This document shows positions 1-11,877 of a stretch of DNA of 64,000 nucleotides, piece by piece (within the stretch, counting starts at the first letter, position 1; each line of letters opens with the position of its first letter). The notes beneath the pieces are model-generated. The model saw nothing but the letters and a program-made list of their open reading frames with translations. It was not told where the DNA came from and did no database searches. This DNA comes from Zootoca vivipara. Lineage: Eukaryota. The translations under genes and the position numbers were made by a program. The stretch lies in assembly GCF_963506605.1 (NCBI RefSeq), contig NC_083277.1, positions 117,676,001 to 117,740,000 on the forward strand, in the 5' to 3' direction.

Positions 1-13
1 ACATGTTGCAATT

Positions 14-200
14 ACAGTGGTGCCTCGACTTACGAAGACGATCCGTTCCGCGATTTCGCACTTCTGCACATGCGCCGACCGCGCACGCGCAGAACGTGCG
101 CGCCAGGAGGACTCCTGGAGGCTTCGACTTCGGAAGTCGAAACCTTCGGAAGTCGAAGCCTTCGTAAGTTGAGTAAAATCTTCCATCAGAGGCACTGCAA
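14..200. mobile_element. Tc1/mariner-pogo (Tigger-like) MITE remnant
   Basis: TA followed by CAGTGGTGCCTCG, the same TIR as intact MITEs elsewhere in the window; right end degraded. Confidence 0.55.
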
Positions 201-423
201 AACAAAGCACTTGGAGCTCTTTCTGCTCTGTGACTAAGTGATTCTTTGGCATTATAACTTGGTGCACATGAGAATTTCTCTCTCCTGTAGTTTGGACAAC
301 ATGCTCAGGCCCGGTTAAAACCAGCCGGCTGGCAACCACACCGGTACTAGCCATGAAGGGTTCTGCTTGTGGGCTATAAAGGTTAACTAAGTAACAATCA
401 CTAGGATATACTGTACTCTCCAA

Positions 424-600
424 CAGGGCCGGCTCTAGGTAGACCCCCGGCGGCGCGGTGCGCCAGGGCACCGGGCTGGTAAGCAGGGCGCCATGCGGCA
501 AAGCCACGCGGAAACCATGCTGCGCCCTGCGAGGGCGGGGGTGCCGGAGCGATCTCCGCCCCTCAGCGCCAGGGCGGCCGACCTGCTCGAGACTGCCCTG
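424..600. mobile_element. non-autonomous hAT DNA transposon (MITE)
   Basis: CAGGGC...GCCCTG termini; perfect 8-bp TSD CTCTCCAA at 416-423 and 601-608. Confidence 0.85.
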
Positions 601-2535
601 CTCTCCAAAGCAGGTCCATCAGTTGCATAAAGTGCATGAAATTCCAGGGAAATTCAAACAGCCATGCAGTCGTCTCCCCTGCCATTCCTCAATTACAACT
701 TTTGCCCTACGTGGCCAGAGACATTTTGTGAGTCCCCAGAAAGGAAGGCGATGGATAACCTTTGTTGATTATTTATTAATCATCTAAAATTACTGGGCAC
801 CACAGACAAAATAGCACTTCCAGGCCAGCAGACTGACAATCTATAGTTGCAAGGCAAACTGCGGGGTGAATAAGCCGATTGCTAAACAGAGCATAGTTAC
901 GCCTTCCCCAGCCTATCAGAATGGCTAGCTAGATCTGAATTTATGATCAATTCAGTGGCTACCTGGAAAGGAGAATGATAAAAGGATAGAGACAGTGCTG
1001 GGCAAATATAATGCTTAATTTTTGCCTAGGCTTCACTTGTTCCTGGAACCTTTCACAGCCTATGTGCAGCTCTACATATGTAGTAAAAAAGAAAGAAAAA
1101 AGCAGACGGTGGGATGGGTTAATTTGAGCATGTGCTAAATGCATTTCCTTCGCCACTTAAAAACAGAATGAAATACAATCTCACATATACCTGGAAGAGG
1201 AAGAGCAACTGCTGGATCACGTGGTATGATTCCCAGTCCAATTTTGAGGAACAAATCACTTGTTAACTCCGGAAAGACCAGTGGGGGCTGCAACGAAATG
1301 TTGTAGTGTGGAGAGCTCCTGCTCAGCTTTCCAAGATACTCCATTTGATTCCAACTTGGTTTTCCATCCCTCTACCCCTGCATAACGCGGTCAGCATTCT
1401 CGGTCCCTCTAGGTCTGCTTGGGATCCCCTTCAATTTAGGCTCCTCTCCCCTTTGTACTTCTGCAAACTTCTTTGTACTTGGGTTTCCACAAGCCCTTTA
1501 TTGGTGGATGGTGTCACTGTGTCAGGCGATATAAGAACTAACATTCAGATAATTAAGTTCACTATCCATGTTAGTTTGCTATGACTATACGCCTTGCCAT
1601 CACCTGCAACCCAAGCTCTCCATACCAGGTTGTTGCTGTGCTCGAGGGCAAGTACACTGTTTCCCACATACTCTGGCCTTTAAAACCCTCCCTTGCAGGC
1701 TTTTGCTGCCAATGGCATTTAAATACCCAAAGTCCTTGGACCAGCCCGGCATCATGCGACAGGCAACTCATACGATGAGGCTTTTCATGTTCAGACTTCT
1801 CTCCTTCAGGGAACCCTTTTCCACATTGGCTTGCCTGACAAGGAAGCCTTGCGCACTGCAGAGGATTCTGGGACAGGTTCTTGGGGCACAAAGAGCACAT
1901 CCAACCTCTGACGGCAGGTTCCATAACCCCCAGCTACCTTTGCCAGCAGCTGTGTTGTGCGTTGCAGGGAAGCATCCATAATGTAGAGCAAGCTCTTTTC
2001 AAGTCTCACAAGGTTACCCCGAGTTCTTACGGGAAAGGGAGGCAGTGGGGCGGGGGGGGGAGGATCTATCTATTTTCTCCACACCCTGTCTAAGGTGCAA
2101 CTACTGTCTATCTGCTTCCAGCAGGCAGGGCCACCCAGAGCTAAATATAGGTCCCTCATAATTGAAAGCCCTGCCTTGCACAATGGCTACTTTCTGCCCT
2201 CATAATAGAACAAGCTTTTTTTATTTTGGTAACAGCTCAGGCCACAAATTGCCAGGTTGGAAGAAGCTGTAAAAGCTTCAGCTAGGCCAGGTCTCCAGGC
2301 CCTTCCCTTCAGTGAGCTGGACATTAATAGGCAAGAAGCTTGGGAGGCAGGGAGAGGAAAATGCAGGGTTTATTAGACCCAAAGCTCCCGATACCTGCTG
2401 GAGAGACACTTAAGGTAGAAGAGAGCCAGCCATTGTCCCTGCTGCAATTACCATATACTGCCAAAATGGGTCACCAGCCCACTGGCCCAACACACCAATC
2501 GAATTATCAGTTCCTCATGGGATTGTACGTATAGT

Positions 2536-3118
2536 CAGGGCCGGCGCGTCCATTAAGGCGAACTAGGCAGCTGCCTAGGGCGCCAAAATGGAGGGGGTGC
2601 TGGCCATCCTGCCCACCGCCTGCCGCCTCCCGGTGCTGCCTGGGGCTGCCTCCACTGTGCCTCTCAGCTGTTGAGCAGCTTCAGGCCGTTATCCGGAGGC
2701 GCATGGGGAGCGCGGGCCTGGGGCCGCCTCCACTGAACAGCTGAAAGGCGGGCGAGGCGGCCCCAGGCTCGTGCTCCCTGCGTGCCTCCGGAGAGCGGCC
2801 TGAAGCCACTCAACAGCTGAAAGGCGCAGTGGAGACGGCCCCTGACTCGCGCTCCCTGCGCGAAGCTCCACACCTCTCAGCTGTTCAGTGGAGGCGGCCC
2901 CAGGCCCGCGCTCCCCACGAGCCTCCGGATAGCGGCCTGAAGCTGCTCAACAGCTGTTCAGCGGAGGTGGCCCCAGGCCCGCGCTCCCCGCGTGCCTCCA
3001 GAGAGCTGCCTGAAGCGGCTGAGTTTGGTGCCCCTTCCGCGCCCCTGATGGCCCGGGGTGGTGGTAGTGCCTGAAGGTGATCTCGCCTACTGCGCAAAAA
3101 ACCCTAGCACCGGCCCTG
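2536..3118. mobile_element. GC-rich non-autonomous hAT element
   Basis: TIR CAGGGCCGGCGC/GCACCGGCCCTG; TSD CGTATAGT/CGTATAGG; internal ~80-bp repeats in both orientations; same family as 38690-39153. Confidence 0.85.
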
Positions 3119-5099
3119 CGTATAGGTGTGTATGCATGTGCACATGCATGTATATTTTTAAATGATACTTTCTGCCCCTTTCCCACAGCTCAAGATAACT
3201 TACAAAGATAGTTTAGTCTAGCTCTCATTGTGACACTGTCCAGCGTGCAGCATGCAGGCCTGGGACAGAGGTCAGAGGTAAGCCAGGAGTCGAGCCAGGG
3301 AGTCAGAGCCAAGGGACACACAGAGCCAGGGAGGCCACGTTGCTCAGGAAAAGCTCCAGGCCAAACAGGAAGCCATTTATATCCCTTCCTGTCCAGGAGG
3401 GCCCAATGGACAGGCTGGGTAAGTGGAGCCACTCCTGACCCCTGAGAAGACATCACTGCCAGGTAAGATGTTCCAAAGTGCAGGCCTGTTACCTCACCAC
3501 AAAGGGCAGCCACATGCACTGAACCAAAGGTTCCTGGTTCTAGAGTAGCCCCAGCAACTACTGGCAGCAGTGCCTCGTACTGTTGCTCAATAACGGGGGT
3601 GCCAAACCAGTGTCTCTAGATGACTGCAAGCCCCATCATCCCCATACAGCATGGTCTACGGTCAGGGAGGGTGGGAGTTGTAGTCCAACAGCACACCAAG
3701 ACTGGGAAAGGCTGGTGTAGTCCGCTGCCTTCAGGATCACCTAGTAGCTATTGGCGTCCCAGAGCTACCTGCCAAAGCAAACGTCACTTATCTGAAACGT
3801 GCACAATGGGACTTGAGAACTAGCAGCCATAGTGGCTACAAGGGTTTGAGGGATTTGCAAAGGGAGAAGGCTGCTATCAAGCCAGAACTCTCAAAGGTTG
3901 GATGGAGGAACTCAGTGTTCCTGACATGACCTGTACAGTGTCTATTGAGGAACCACAGGGCAAGACTTCAGGTAAAAGGAGTGAGCCCCTGCATACTGGC
4001 TGAAGACTGCACCTTGGTTAAAAAGGTGAGGAGGTTTAAAATGCTGAGATTTGGGTTCACGATTACTTGCTTGAATTAGGTGGAGCACAGAATTGGTTTT
4101 TTCTTGGAGCTCAGTTATGGCTCTTTGGTACAGAAGGCAGGTGTGTCTGTGCATGCAGGAGATGTGTGGAGCCTGTGGCCCTCCAGATGTTGATGGACTC
4201 CACCTCCCATCAGCCCTAGCCAGCATGGCCAATTGTAAGGGATGGTGGGAGTTGCAGTCCAACAATTTATAGAGCATCACATCATAGGAACGGCCTTGCT
4301 TCAAAGGCTCTGTATCTTGGGTGGAGAAAGGGTTTGTTTGGTTTTTCCTTCCTTTGATACAATGGGCTCCCTTTTGCCACTCCAAGTCCTCTTTAAAATC
4401 CACAGTGCATCCTGGGATGGGAGCCACCCAAAATATAAAGACACTCACCTTGACCTAGACTGTGTTTTATAGAGCAAGCCCATGAAAGGTGTTGAACACT
4501 GGTTTTATATGTTTGAGAAGGCGGCAGACACCAAGCTGTGTGGAATTTCCTCAGATCTGGCGGCTTCAAGCTCAGGTAGCAAGACACTGAGGTAATCCTG
4601 GGAAAAGGTGATGAGAGTTTTGGAACCCCTGAGGCTAAGTGTCAGTTAGCAGGTTAGAACAGAGCTCCCTTGATGGCTGGAGCATCAGACACGACGTTCC
4701 CCAACTGCCATGTTTTGTTGCAGCAACAAAAGAAGCGGTGGCACCTGCTGCCGTCAAGCATTCAGACGACAAGGAGCTTCTCCAGACTTCCCTGTCCTGT
4801 GGCCTGACAGATGCTACGGACTTCGATTCCCATCATTCCTGGCCACCGGCCACTGTGGGAGTTGGGAGTTCCAACTACTTCTGAAGGGTGCCAGGTTGAG
4901 AAAAGCTGGCTTACCCTCTCATGTCTGGTCACATTTGCTTCCAGGGATGGTATCCCAGGATGCATTGCTTCTGTGGGTGCTCACTGGTCCCAGGTTCACA
5001 GCATAACTTAGTTGTCAGAAGACTGGAAAATGGGCACAGACTGCCCTTATCTATTACTACCTTGCTCCTTATATTTTTAGATACCAGCAAGTAATGGTA

Positions 5100-5230
5100 C
5101 TAGCAGGGCCTTTTCAGTGGCGGTTCCCTGGTTGTGGAAGGCCCTTCCTAGCGAGGTGCGTCTTTCTCCATCATTATTAACTTCCAGGAGGAATTTGAAA
5201 ACATTCCTATTTACCTAGGCATTTGGTGGC
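5100..5230 (+). mobile_element. L2 LINE 3' fragment (degraded)
   Basis: resembles the RAFSVVAPxLWNALP-coding 3' end of L2 copies at 24.4 kb and 53.6 kb. Confidence 0.55.
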
Positions 5231-5478
5231 TAAAGAATACCACTCCTAGCAATCCTATGTTCACTGAATGGAATAATGTTTTTAGCTGAAAATGCTTTTA
5301 CATGTTTTTAATTGTAATTGTTCTTAGAATGTTTTGATTATTTAAACATATTTTTGCTTTGTTTTTAAATTGTGTATGTGTTTGCTGCTTGGGATTCCCT
5401 GGGGAGGAAGGGTGGAGTATAAATTGAGTAAATAAATAAATACTCTGTACTAAGAATATAAATGTTCTGTACTAAGTA

Positions 5479-5763
5479 CAGTGGTACCTCGCAAGACGAA
5501 TGCCCTGCAAGACAAATTTTTCGAAGGACAAATGCATCTTGCGATCTGATGGTGACTCGCAAGACAAATTCGTTTTGCGATAAATTCGTCTTGCGAATCA
5601 CGGTTTCCCATAGGAATGCATTGAAATTTAATTAATGCGTTCCTATGGGCAAAAAAAGAAATTTCAATGCATTCCTATGGGAAACCGCGATTCGCAAGAC
5701 AAATTTTTTGCAAAACAAATTGACTCGCAGAACGAATTAAATTCGTCTTGCGAGGCACCACTG
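5479..5763. mobile_element. Tc1/mariner-pogo MITE, palindromic
   Basis: TA-CAGTGGTACCTCGCAAGACG...CGTCTTGCGAGGCACCACTG-TA; near-identical copy at 17355-17639. Confidence 0.9.
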
Positions 5764-6686
5764 TAGTTTGAATTCTGTATCAAGGTGGATTTTGCAGCCT
5801 GTAGAAAAAAATGGCTAACAACTGAATGAATTTAGTTTAAAGAAGCCATTCATGTTTTGGATGAGGCAAAGGGAGGGTAAGAGCTATGTCTATTGTAACC
5901 CACCCTTTCCCCTCCTACCTTGAGTGTCAAAAGCCACCACCTATGACACTTTCAAGCCTATCCCTGGATCCTTAAGGGATAGAAACTGGCATGTAAAAAG
6001 ACAGCCACAAAGCATACAGCCCATATATGTGCTTTGTGGGGTGATGGTAGCTCAGATCAGAGAGCTCAGCCCCTGCATTTCCCACTCTGCTGCAGGCGAG
6101 ACTGTGGCACACGCGATGGAAAGTGCAGTTCCTCCACAACCACCTCAGTTGACCAAGGCAAGGCGAAAAAAGAGGCAGAGGTGACATCAGAGTAACGCAG
6201 TTGGAGGGTGGCGGCAGCAACTATGGGGGCTGCTCTCACACCCCCTTTCCTGTGTGGCAAAGGAGAATGAACTCCAACTGCAGGAGGAAAGATTTAGCTC
6301 AGAAAATGTCAGCAGAAATTTTCCAACCATAATAATAGCCAAGCAATGGAACAAATTACCAAGGGAGCTTGTGGAGACCCAGTGATGGGAAACTCTGGAA
6401 AATAGTCACATCAGCTTCTGTCTGGAATGGTTTAACTGTTATTCATTCTGGTCAGGGGCAAAGGAGTGGGTTAGATCCATTCATTCATATCTTTTTTTCC
6501 TATAGAGGCTTATTTGCTGTATTCTCCACTAAAGGGACTCAAAAGCATTCTAGACACCTAATAAAATAATCACATCTTAAATTGAGCAGCAGCCAAGGGA
6601 AGGAACCCAGCGCTAGACCTCTCCTGGGGCCTGCTCACCAGGAGTAGGAAGAGCTCCCTTAGCTATTTAGGACACAGGACTTAGGA

Positions 6687-6822
6687 CAGGCATCCCCAAA
6701 CTGTGGCCCTCCAGATGTTTTGGCCTACAACTCCCATGATCCCTAGCTATCAGGACCAGTGGTCGGGGAAGATGGGAATTGTAGTCCAAAACATCTAGAG
6801 GGCCGAAGTTTGGGGATGCCTG
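6687..6822. mobile_element. ~135-bp hAT MITE
   Basis: TIR CAGGCATCCCCAAACT/AGTTTGGGGATGCCTG; TSD ACTTAGGA/ACTTAGTA; copies at 27528, 59067 and ~62140. Confidence 0.9.
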
Positions 6823-7517
6823 ACTTAGTATCTTCTGTGGAGGCCCTTCTTAAGAGTAGTCCCATCTGACTGAGATTCAGGGAGCGGTGCCTGGAATCCT
6901 AGCTGGCTCTCCCCCAGAGTCACAGACTCCTCAGCACCCCCACCCAACTGCTCTGCTAGCTGCACATCAGTTAACCCAGAAGAGGGAGCTGCACAAAAGT
7001 ACTTGCCTGGATCAGGGCCTGGCAGAGAGCCAGGAAGGGGTGGAGCCTGCAGCACCTCCTAGGTAAGCTTTCGGTCTACATCATTGCTGAAGCAACAGCT
7101 CCAAGCACAAGCATGACTGAGTGGAGGGACCCCAACATATTTTTAAAGCATCTAGGCAAGGCCAGGTACATTCTGCGGTGGAAGTTGCAGCAGCAAAATC
7201 CCTTCTGCACAGAGACAAGCTGGATTCCTATCAGCTGTACGGATGAGGCACATGAATGCATGCTCTTGGTATTTTATAAGATTCTGCTTCTGCTATCTAA
7301 GTGGCAGGGCACAGAGCCGTACAAGCACTGGAGCTCCACCTCTAGCCATTTCAAACACTGTACCTGCCTCCCACTACCTCTGAAATTGCTCCATTTGTCA
7401 CCTTTCAAACCTCTTTGCGTCATTAAGGGCTGGGAAGGTGGGCTTGTTTCCCCACCTCAGCCAGCCCTCAAAGAAAGTGGAGAGTCTCTGAACTCAGTAT
7501 GCAGTGCCAGTTCCTGC

Positions 7518-7862
7518 CATACCTGCCAAGTTGCTGTCAGAGAAATAAGGGACTGGGCCGGAAATAGCAGACCGGAAGTAGCGCTGCCGCCATTTTGGAA
7601 CTGGGCGGAGCATGCTCAGAAGTGACTTTTGATGCTGCTTTGCCCAGTTCCAAAATGGCCGTCGCGCCAGAAGTCGCACTGCAGCCATTTTGGAACTGGG
7701 CAGAGCAGCACCAAAAGTCGCTTCTGAGCATGCTCCGCCCGGTTCCAAAATGGCCGCCGCACCAGAATAAACCGGGAAAAAACAAAATAATCCATTTTTT
7801 CAGCTAGGAACAGCTGGAAAAACGGGGATTTCCCGGGGGAAACGGGAGACTTAACAGCTATG
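7518..7862. mobile_element. hAT MITE with internal hairpins
   Basis: termini CATACCTGCCAAG...TTAACAGCTATG; perfect TSD GTTCCTGC at 7510-7517 and 7863-7870. Confidence 0.85.
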
Positions 7863-8349
7863 GTTCCTGCACCTACACGGAATAATCACAGAATAGAATA
7901 AACATAGGCAGGAGGGTTCATATCTACCTGGTAAGAGTTACCAAGAGCACAGAATCAAGGCACCCATAAGCCTCTTCATGTGCAAGATTAGCATAAGGGG
8001 CATACCTGCATACAGACCAGAGCGGAACTGTGCTGCAACTCTGATGTCCAATCTTCTCCTTTTTAAAAACACCAACAACTGTGCTTTGTGTGTGCTTGCT
8101 ATATAAAGAAGGCAAACACACAAGCTCCTCTTTGCATGCAGAGGCTCTGCGTGATCAGGGCACCCACACAGCAAGGGGTCATGATCACGTGGAGCCCCTG
8201 CATGTCAGGAGAAGCCCATGTGTTGGCCTTTATCTACAGACAAATGTGTGCAATGCATGGTTGTTAGGAAAGGTAGGTGAAATGTCAGGGGTGGGGGTAA
8301 AAGTACAGCCCCACTTTGGTCTGTCTGTGGGTGTGCCTTGCCAACCAAC

Positions 8350-9990
8350 CTCTAATCTCATGACCGCACCCGCTACAGAAGGGGGGATCCTAAGGATGGC
8401 TCTAAGAAATCGTTTTTGGATAGATTCCAATCTGAGAAGATCCCTACGGGCACCGAGGGAAGGACTTTCATTTGAAAGAGTCTCAAGGCAGCTTTTACTG
8501 ATTGAGCCTGATTCTTAGCATATAGAGATCTAATCATCATGGCTGCTTTTAGATGTGTTTGTAGTTATATATTCTCTATGAGCCAGAAAGGACCTATTTG
8601 ATCGAATTACTTGTCCCAGATATTTGAAACAGTTAACCTGCTCCAATGTAGGACCATTCATCAACCACAAGTGAAATTTTGGTCGGGCGGAGAAGACCAT
8701 AATCTTGGTCTTAGTATAATTAGGTTGAAGCTGATGCTGTACACAATCACAATATTCATGGAGTGCTTGCAGCATTCTCCTCAGCCCAATGGGAGATCTA
8801 GCTAGGAGTGCGGCATCATCTGCATACAGGAGAACGTTTAGTAGTTGACCAGCTAATTTAGGGGGGTGGTAAGCATTATTGGCCATGTGGGCCACCAGCG
8901 AATTAATGTAGAAATTAAACAGTGCTGGGGCCAACAGGCAGCCCTGTCTTACTCCCCTAGAGGTGGTAACAGGGTTAGACACTAGACCATTATTACCTAG
9001 CCTGACTCTCAGAAAGGTATTCGTATGCAGATTAATGATCAGATGAAGAATACGACGATCAATTGTTGTGGCAGCCAGTTTTGTCCATAGCTGTTTTCTA
9101 GAAATCCGGCCAAAGGCATACTTTTCAGCCAGATGGTTCAATATCAATATTTGGTCCATTGTAGATCTTCCGGGGCGAAAGCCTGCCTGTTCATCTGCAA
9201 TGATATTATTACTCTCCAACCAGTTTGATAACTTGTTTAACAAGTACCTGGAGTAGATCTTCCCAATGACATTTAACAGGTTGATCGGCCTAAAGTTGCT
9301 CGGCTCTGTACATGGACCTTTCTTGAGGATTAATACAATCAAAGCAGAGCTCCAGCTTGAGGGAAATTTTGCTGTATTGTTTATACATGTACAGTGGTGC
9401 CTCGCTTAACAAATGCCCTGCTTAACGAAATTTCCGCTTAACGAAAGGTTTTTTCTAGTGGAGGTTGCCTCGCTAGACGAATTCGTTTTACGAAAAATTC
9501 GTCTAGCGAATTGCGGTTTCCCATAGGAATGCATTGAAATTCAATTAATGCGTTCCTATGGGCAAAAATAAAATAAAACAAAAATCAATGCATTCCTATG
9601 GGATTCGCTAGACGAATTTTTCGTTATAAGAAAAGACCCATGGAACAAATTAAATTCGTCTAGCGAGGCACCACTGTATAAAGAGCCGCTAAAAGCGGGA
9701 TCCACCAGTCTTTATTGGGTTTGATGGCATCAATAGATATAAGATCGTCTCTGGGGGCCTTGCCCACTTTAAATTGGTCTATAAGAGTTTCAACTTCAGG
9801 GCAGGTTACTGGATCCCAATCAGGCAGTGGTTCCAACTCCATCATCTCCCCGTCAGCCGTATGATCTGCATATAGATCATAAAAGTATATTTCCCAGGTG
9901 TCCGCTGGGATTTGGGGTTCAGTCCTTGCAAGCGGCCTGCCCGGATATCTGAGGTGTCCATATATAGCATTCCTGGATTGCAAACCAGCA
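8350..9990 (-). mobile_element. truncated non-LTR retrotransposon reverse transcriptase (RTE-X-like, clade tentative)
   Basis: ORF 8530-9342 has FRPINLL, QAGFRPGRS, GVRQGCLLAP, YADD and FKYLG motifs; upstream piece 9660-9983 rejoins in frame once the MITE at 9392-9676 and one TA copy are removed. Confidence 0.85.
9392..9676. mobile_element. Tc1/mariner-pogo MITE nested in the LINE
   Basis: TA-CAGTGGTGCCTCGC...GCGAGGCACCACTG-TA; sister copy at 15542-15824. Confidence 0.9.
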
Positions 9991-11630
9991 ATTCTTCCGT
10001 TTGGTTTTAAGTGGGTCCAATTTAAGTGGGTCCAAGGCTTTTCCTACCCTTTCTTTCCTGGAATATTTGCCCACACAGATGTCCTCTCCCTGACTAGCTT
10101 GTTGTGTGATATATCCATAGCAGGTCCCAAAATATAGTAGCAGGTGGAAAATGTAATGGGGGGGGAGTTGAGTTGCAACTGAGCATCCCTAACCAGATGC
10201 AAAAGAAGGCTGCAGATACCTATTCCTTTAACACAGCAATGAGGAACCTGTAGGCCTCCAGATGTCCTTGGTGGGCTCAAACTCCGATCAACCCTAGCCA
10301 GCACTGAGGACCTACCGCTTTCCCCATCCCTGCTTTAATAGTAGCTGTATGAGTAGCTGCACCTGCAGAGAGAAAAACCCCTCTTCTTCACCATTGTTAA
10401 AGGCATGGGATGCTATCCTCCTTTGCATCTGGTCACCTCCCTAGGGGATTAACAGCAGAGCTAGACAGGGTTATGATCCTTTGCTTGTGAACTTCCCACT
10501 GGTATCTGACTAGCTACTGTTTGAAAAACATTTGCTAGTGATCTATTCTGGGCAGACCATCAGTCAGATCCCAGCACAACAATTCTTGTATTCTGAAAAT
10601 CAACAGATAATCCCTGAGACTACACCCTCATCATCTCACCCTGAGTCACAAAGCTCATTTGCCCGTGGTTTCAGAATGATCTTAAAACCGGGGGGGGGGG
10701 GGCTCCATACAAGGCTGGATTCAAACTCCCATCATTTCTGACCATTGGCCATGCTGTAGATCTGCGAGTCCAGTCCAGCAACATTTCTGGAGGACCACCC
10801 CTCTTTGAGAACATCAGCCATAAGCAGAGATCTCCTTTCCCACCTTCCCTTTGAAGGTGTGAGACCCATTGAGTGTAATAGGACTGGCTTTCTTCTAACA
10901 GGTATGCCTAGGTCTGCAACTATCCTTGCAGCTGATACTGCCAGAAACGCTTCAAGCATTAGCCCATGCGCCTGTGTTTCCGGCCTTTGTGGTCCTGTTC
11001 CGCTCACATCACACAAGTCGGCATTTCCTTTGCTTTAAAAACACATGCACACATAAAAGCTGTTCTTCCCACCCACAGCAATTTGAATAGAAGGCAGGCT
11101 GCAAATATGATATCGAGAATTTGAAAGCCCAGGGGTTCAGGCATGCACCAGAAATGCCGGTCTTAATTGCTCTGTTAACTTCTGACCCTTAAAGCTAAAA
11201 GGTTGCCCCTTTTTCCAGAACATCATGGCGATCAGCATCCTTAATTTCAAGTGCAACACTGACAAAACAGTATTTTTAGATTTGTGGTTTCGGCATTGTG
11301 GCCATCTGTTGAAAACTGGGCAAAAGGGGAGCACACATTCAAGCCATGTCAAAAAAGGACATTTTTGTTAGGGTGTACACCCAACAGTATGTGTGCGATT
11401 ACTGCTTCACTTGTCAGGGACCTGCAACTGGCTGTAGCTCTCTGTTGAGGACAACCACACAGCCAAAAGTGTTTCTCTGCTGCACTGGCAGCAGCTTGGG
11501 GTGGGACGGCATGCAATAGTATGGCGACATGAGCTTAATGTTAGTTACTATCTCGTGTGTCCCATAATGTGTCGCAAACCAAATCTTGTTGCTAAATGAT
11601 ATGTAGGGTGGCCTGTGTCACATTCTACAA

Positions 11631-11877
11631 CATGGGTAGGCAACCTAAGGCCCGGGGGCCGGATCCAGCCCAATCGCCTTCTAAATCCGGCCCACGGCAA
11701 TCAGCATGTTTTTACATGAGTAGAATGTGTCCTTTTATTTAAAATGCATCTCTGGGTTATTTGTGGCGCATAGGAATTCGTTCATTCCCCCCCCCCCAAA
11801 ATATATATAGCCCGGCCCCCCACAATGTCTGAGGGACAGTGGACTGGCCCCCTGCTGATAAAGTTTGCTGACCGCTG
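11631..11877. mobile_element. hAT (Charlie/Buster-like) MITE
   Basis: TSD TTCTACAA/CTCTACAA; inverted sister copy at 52596-52885. Confidence 0.8.
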
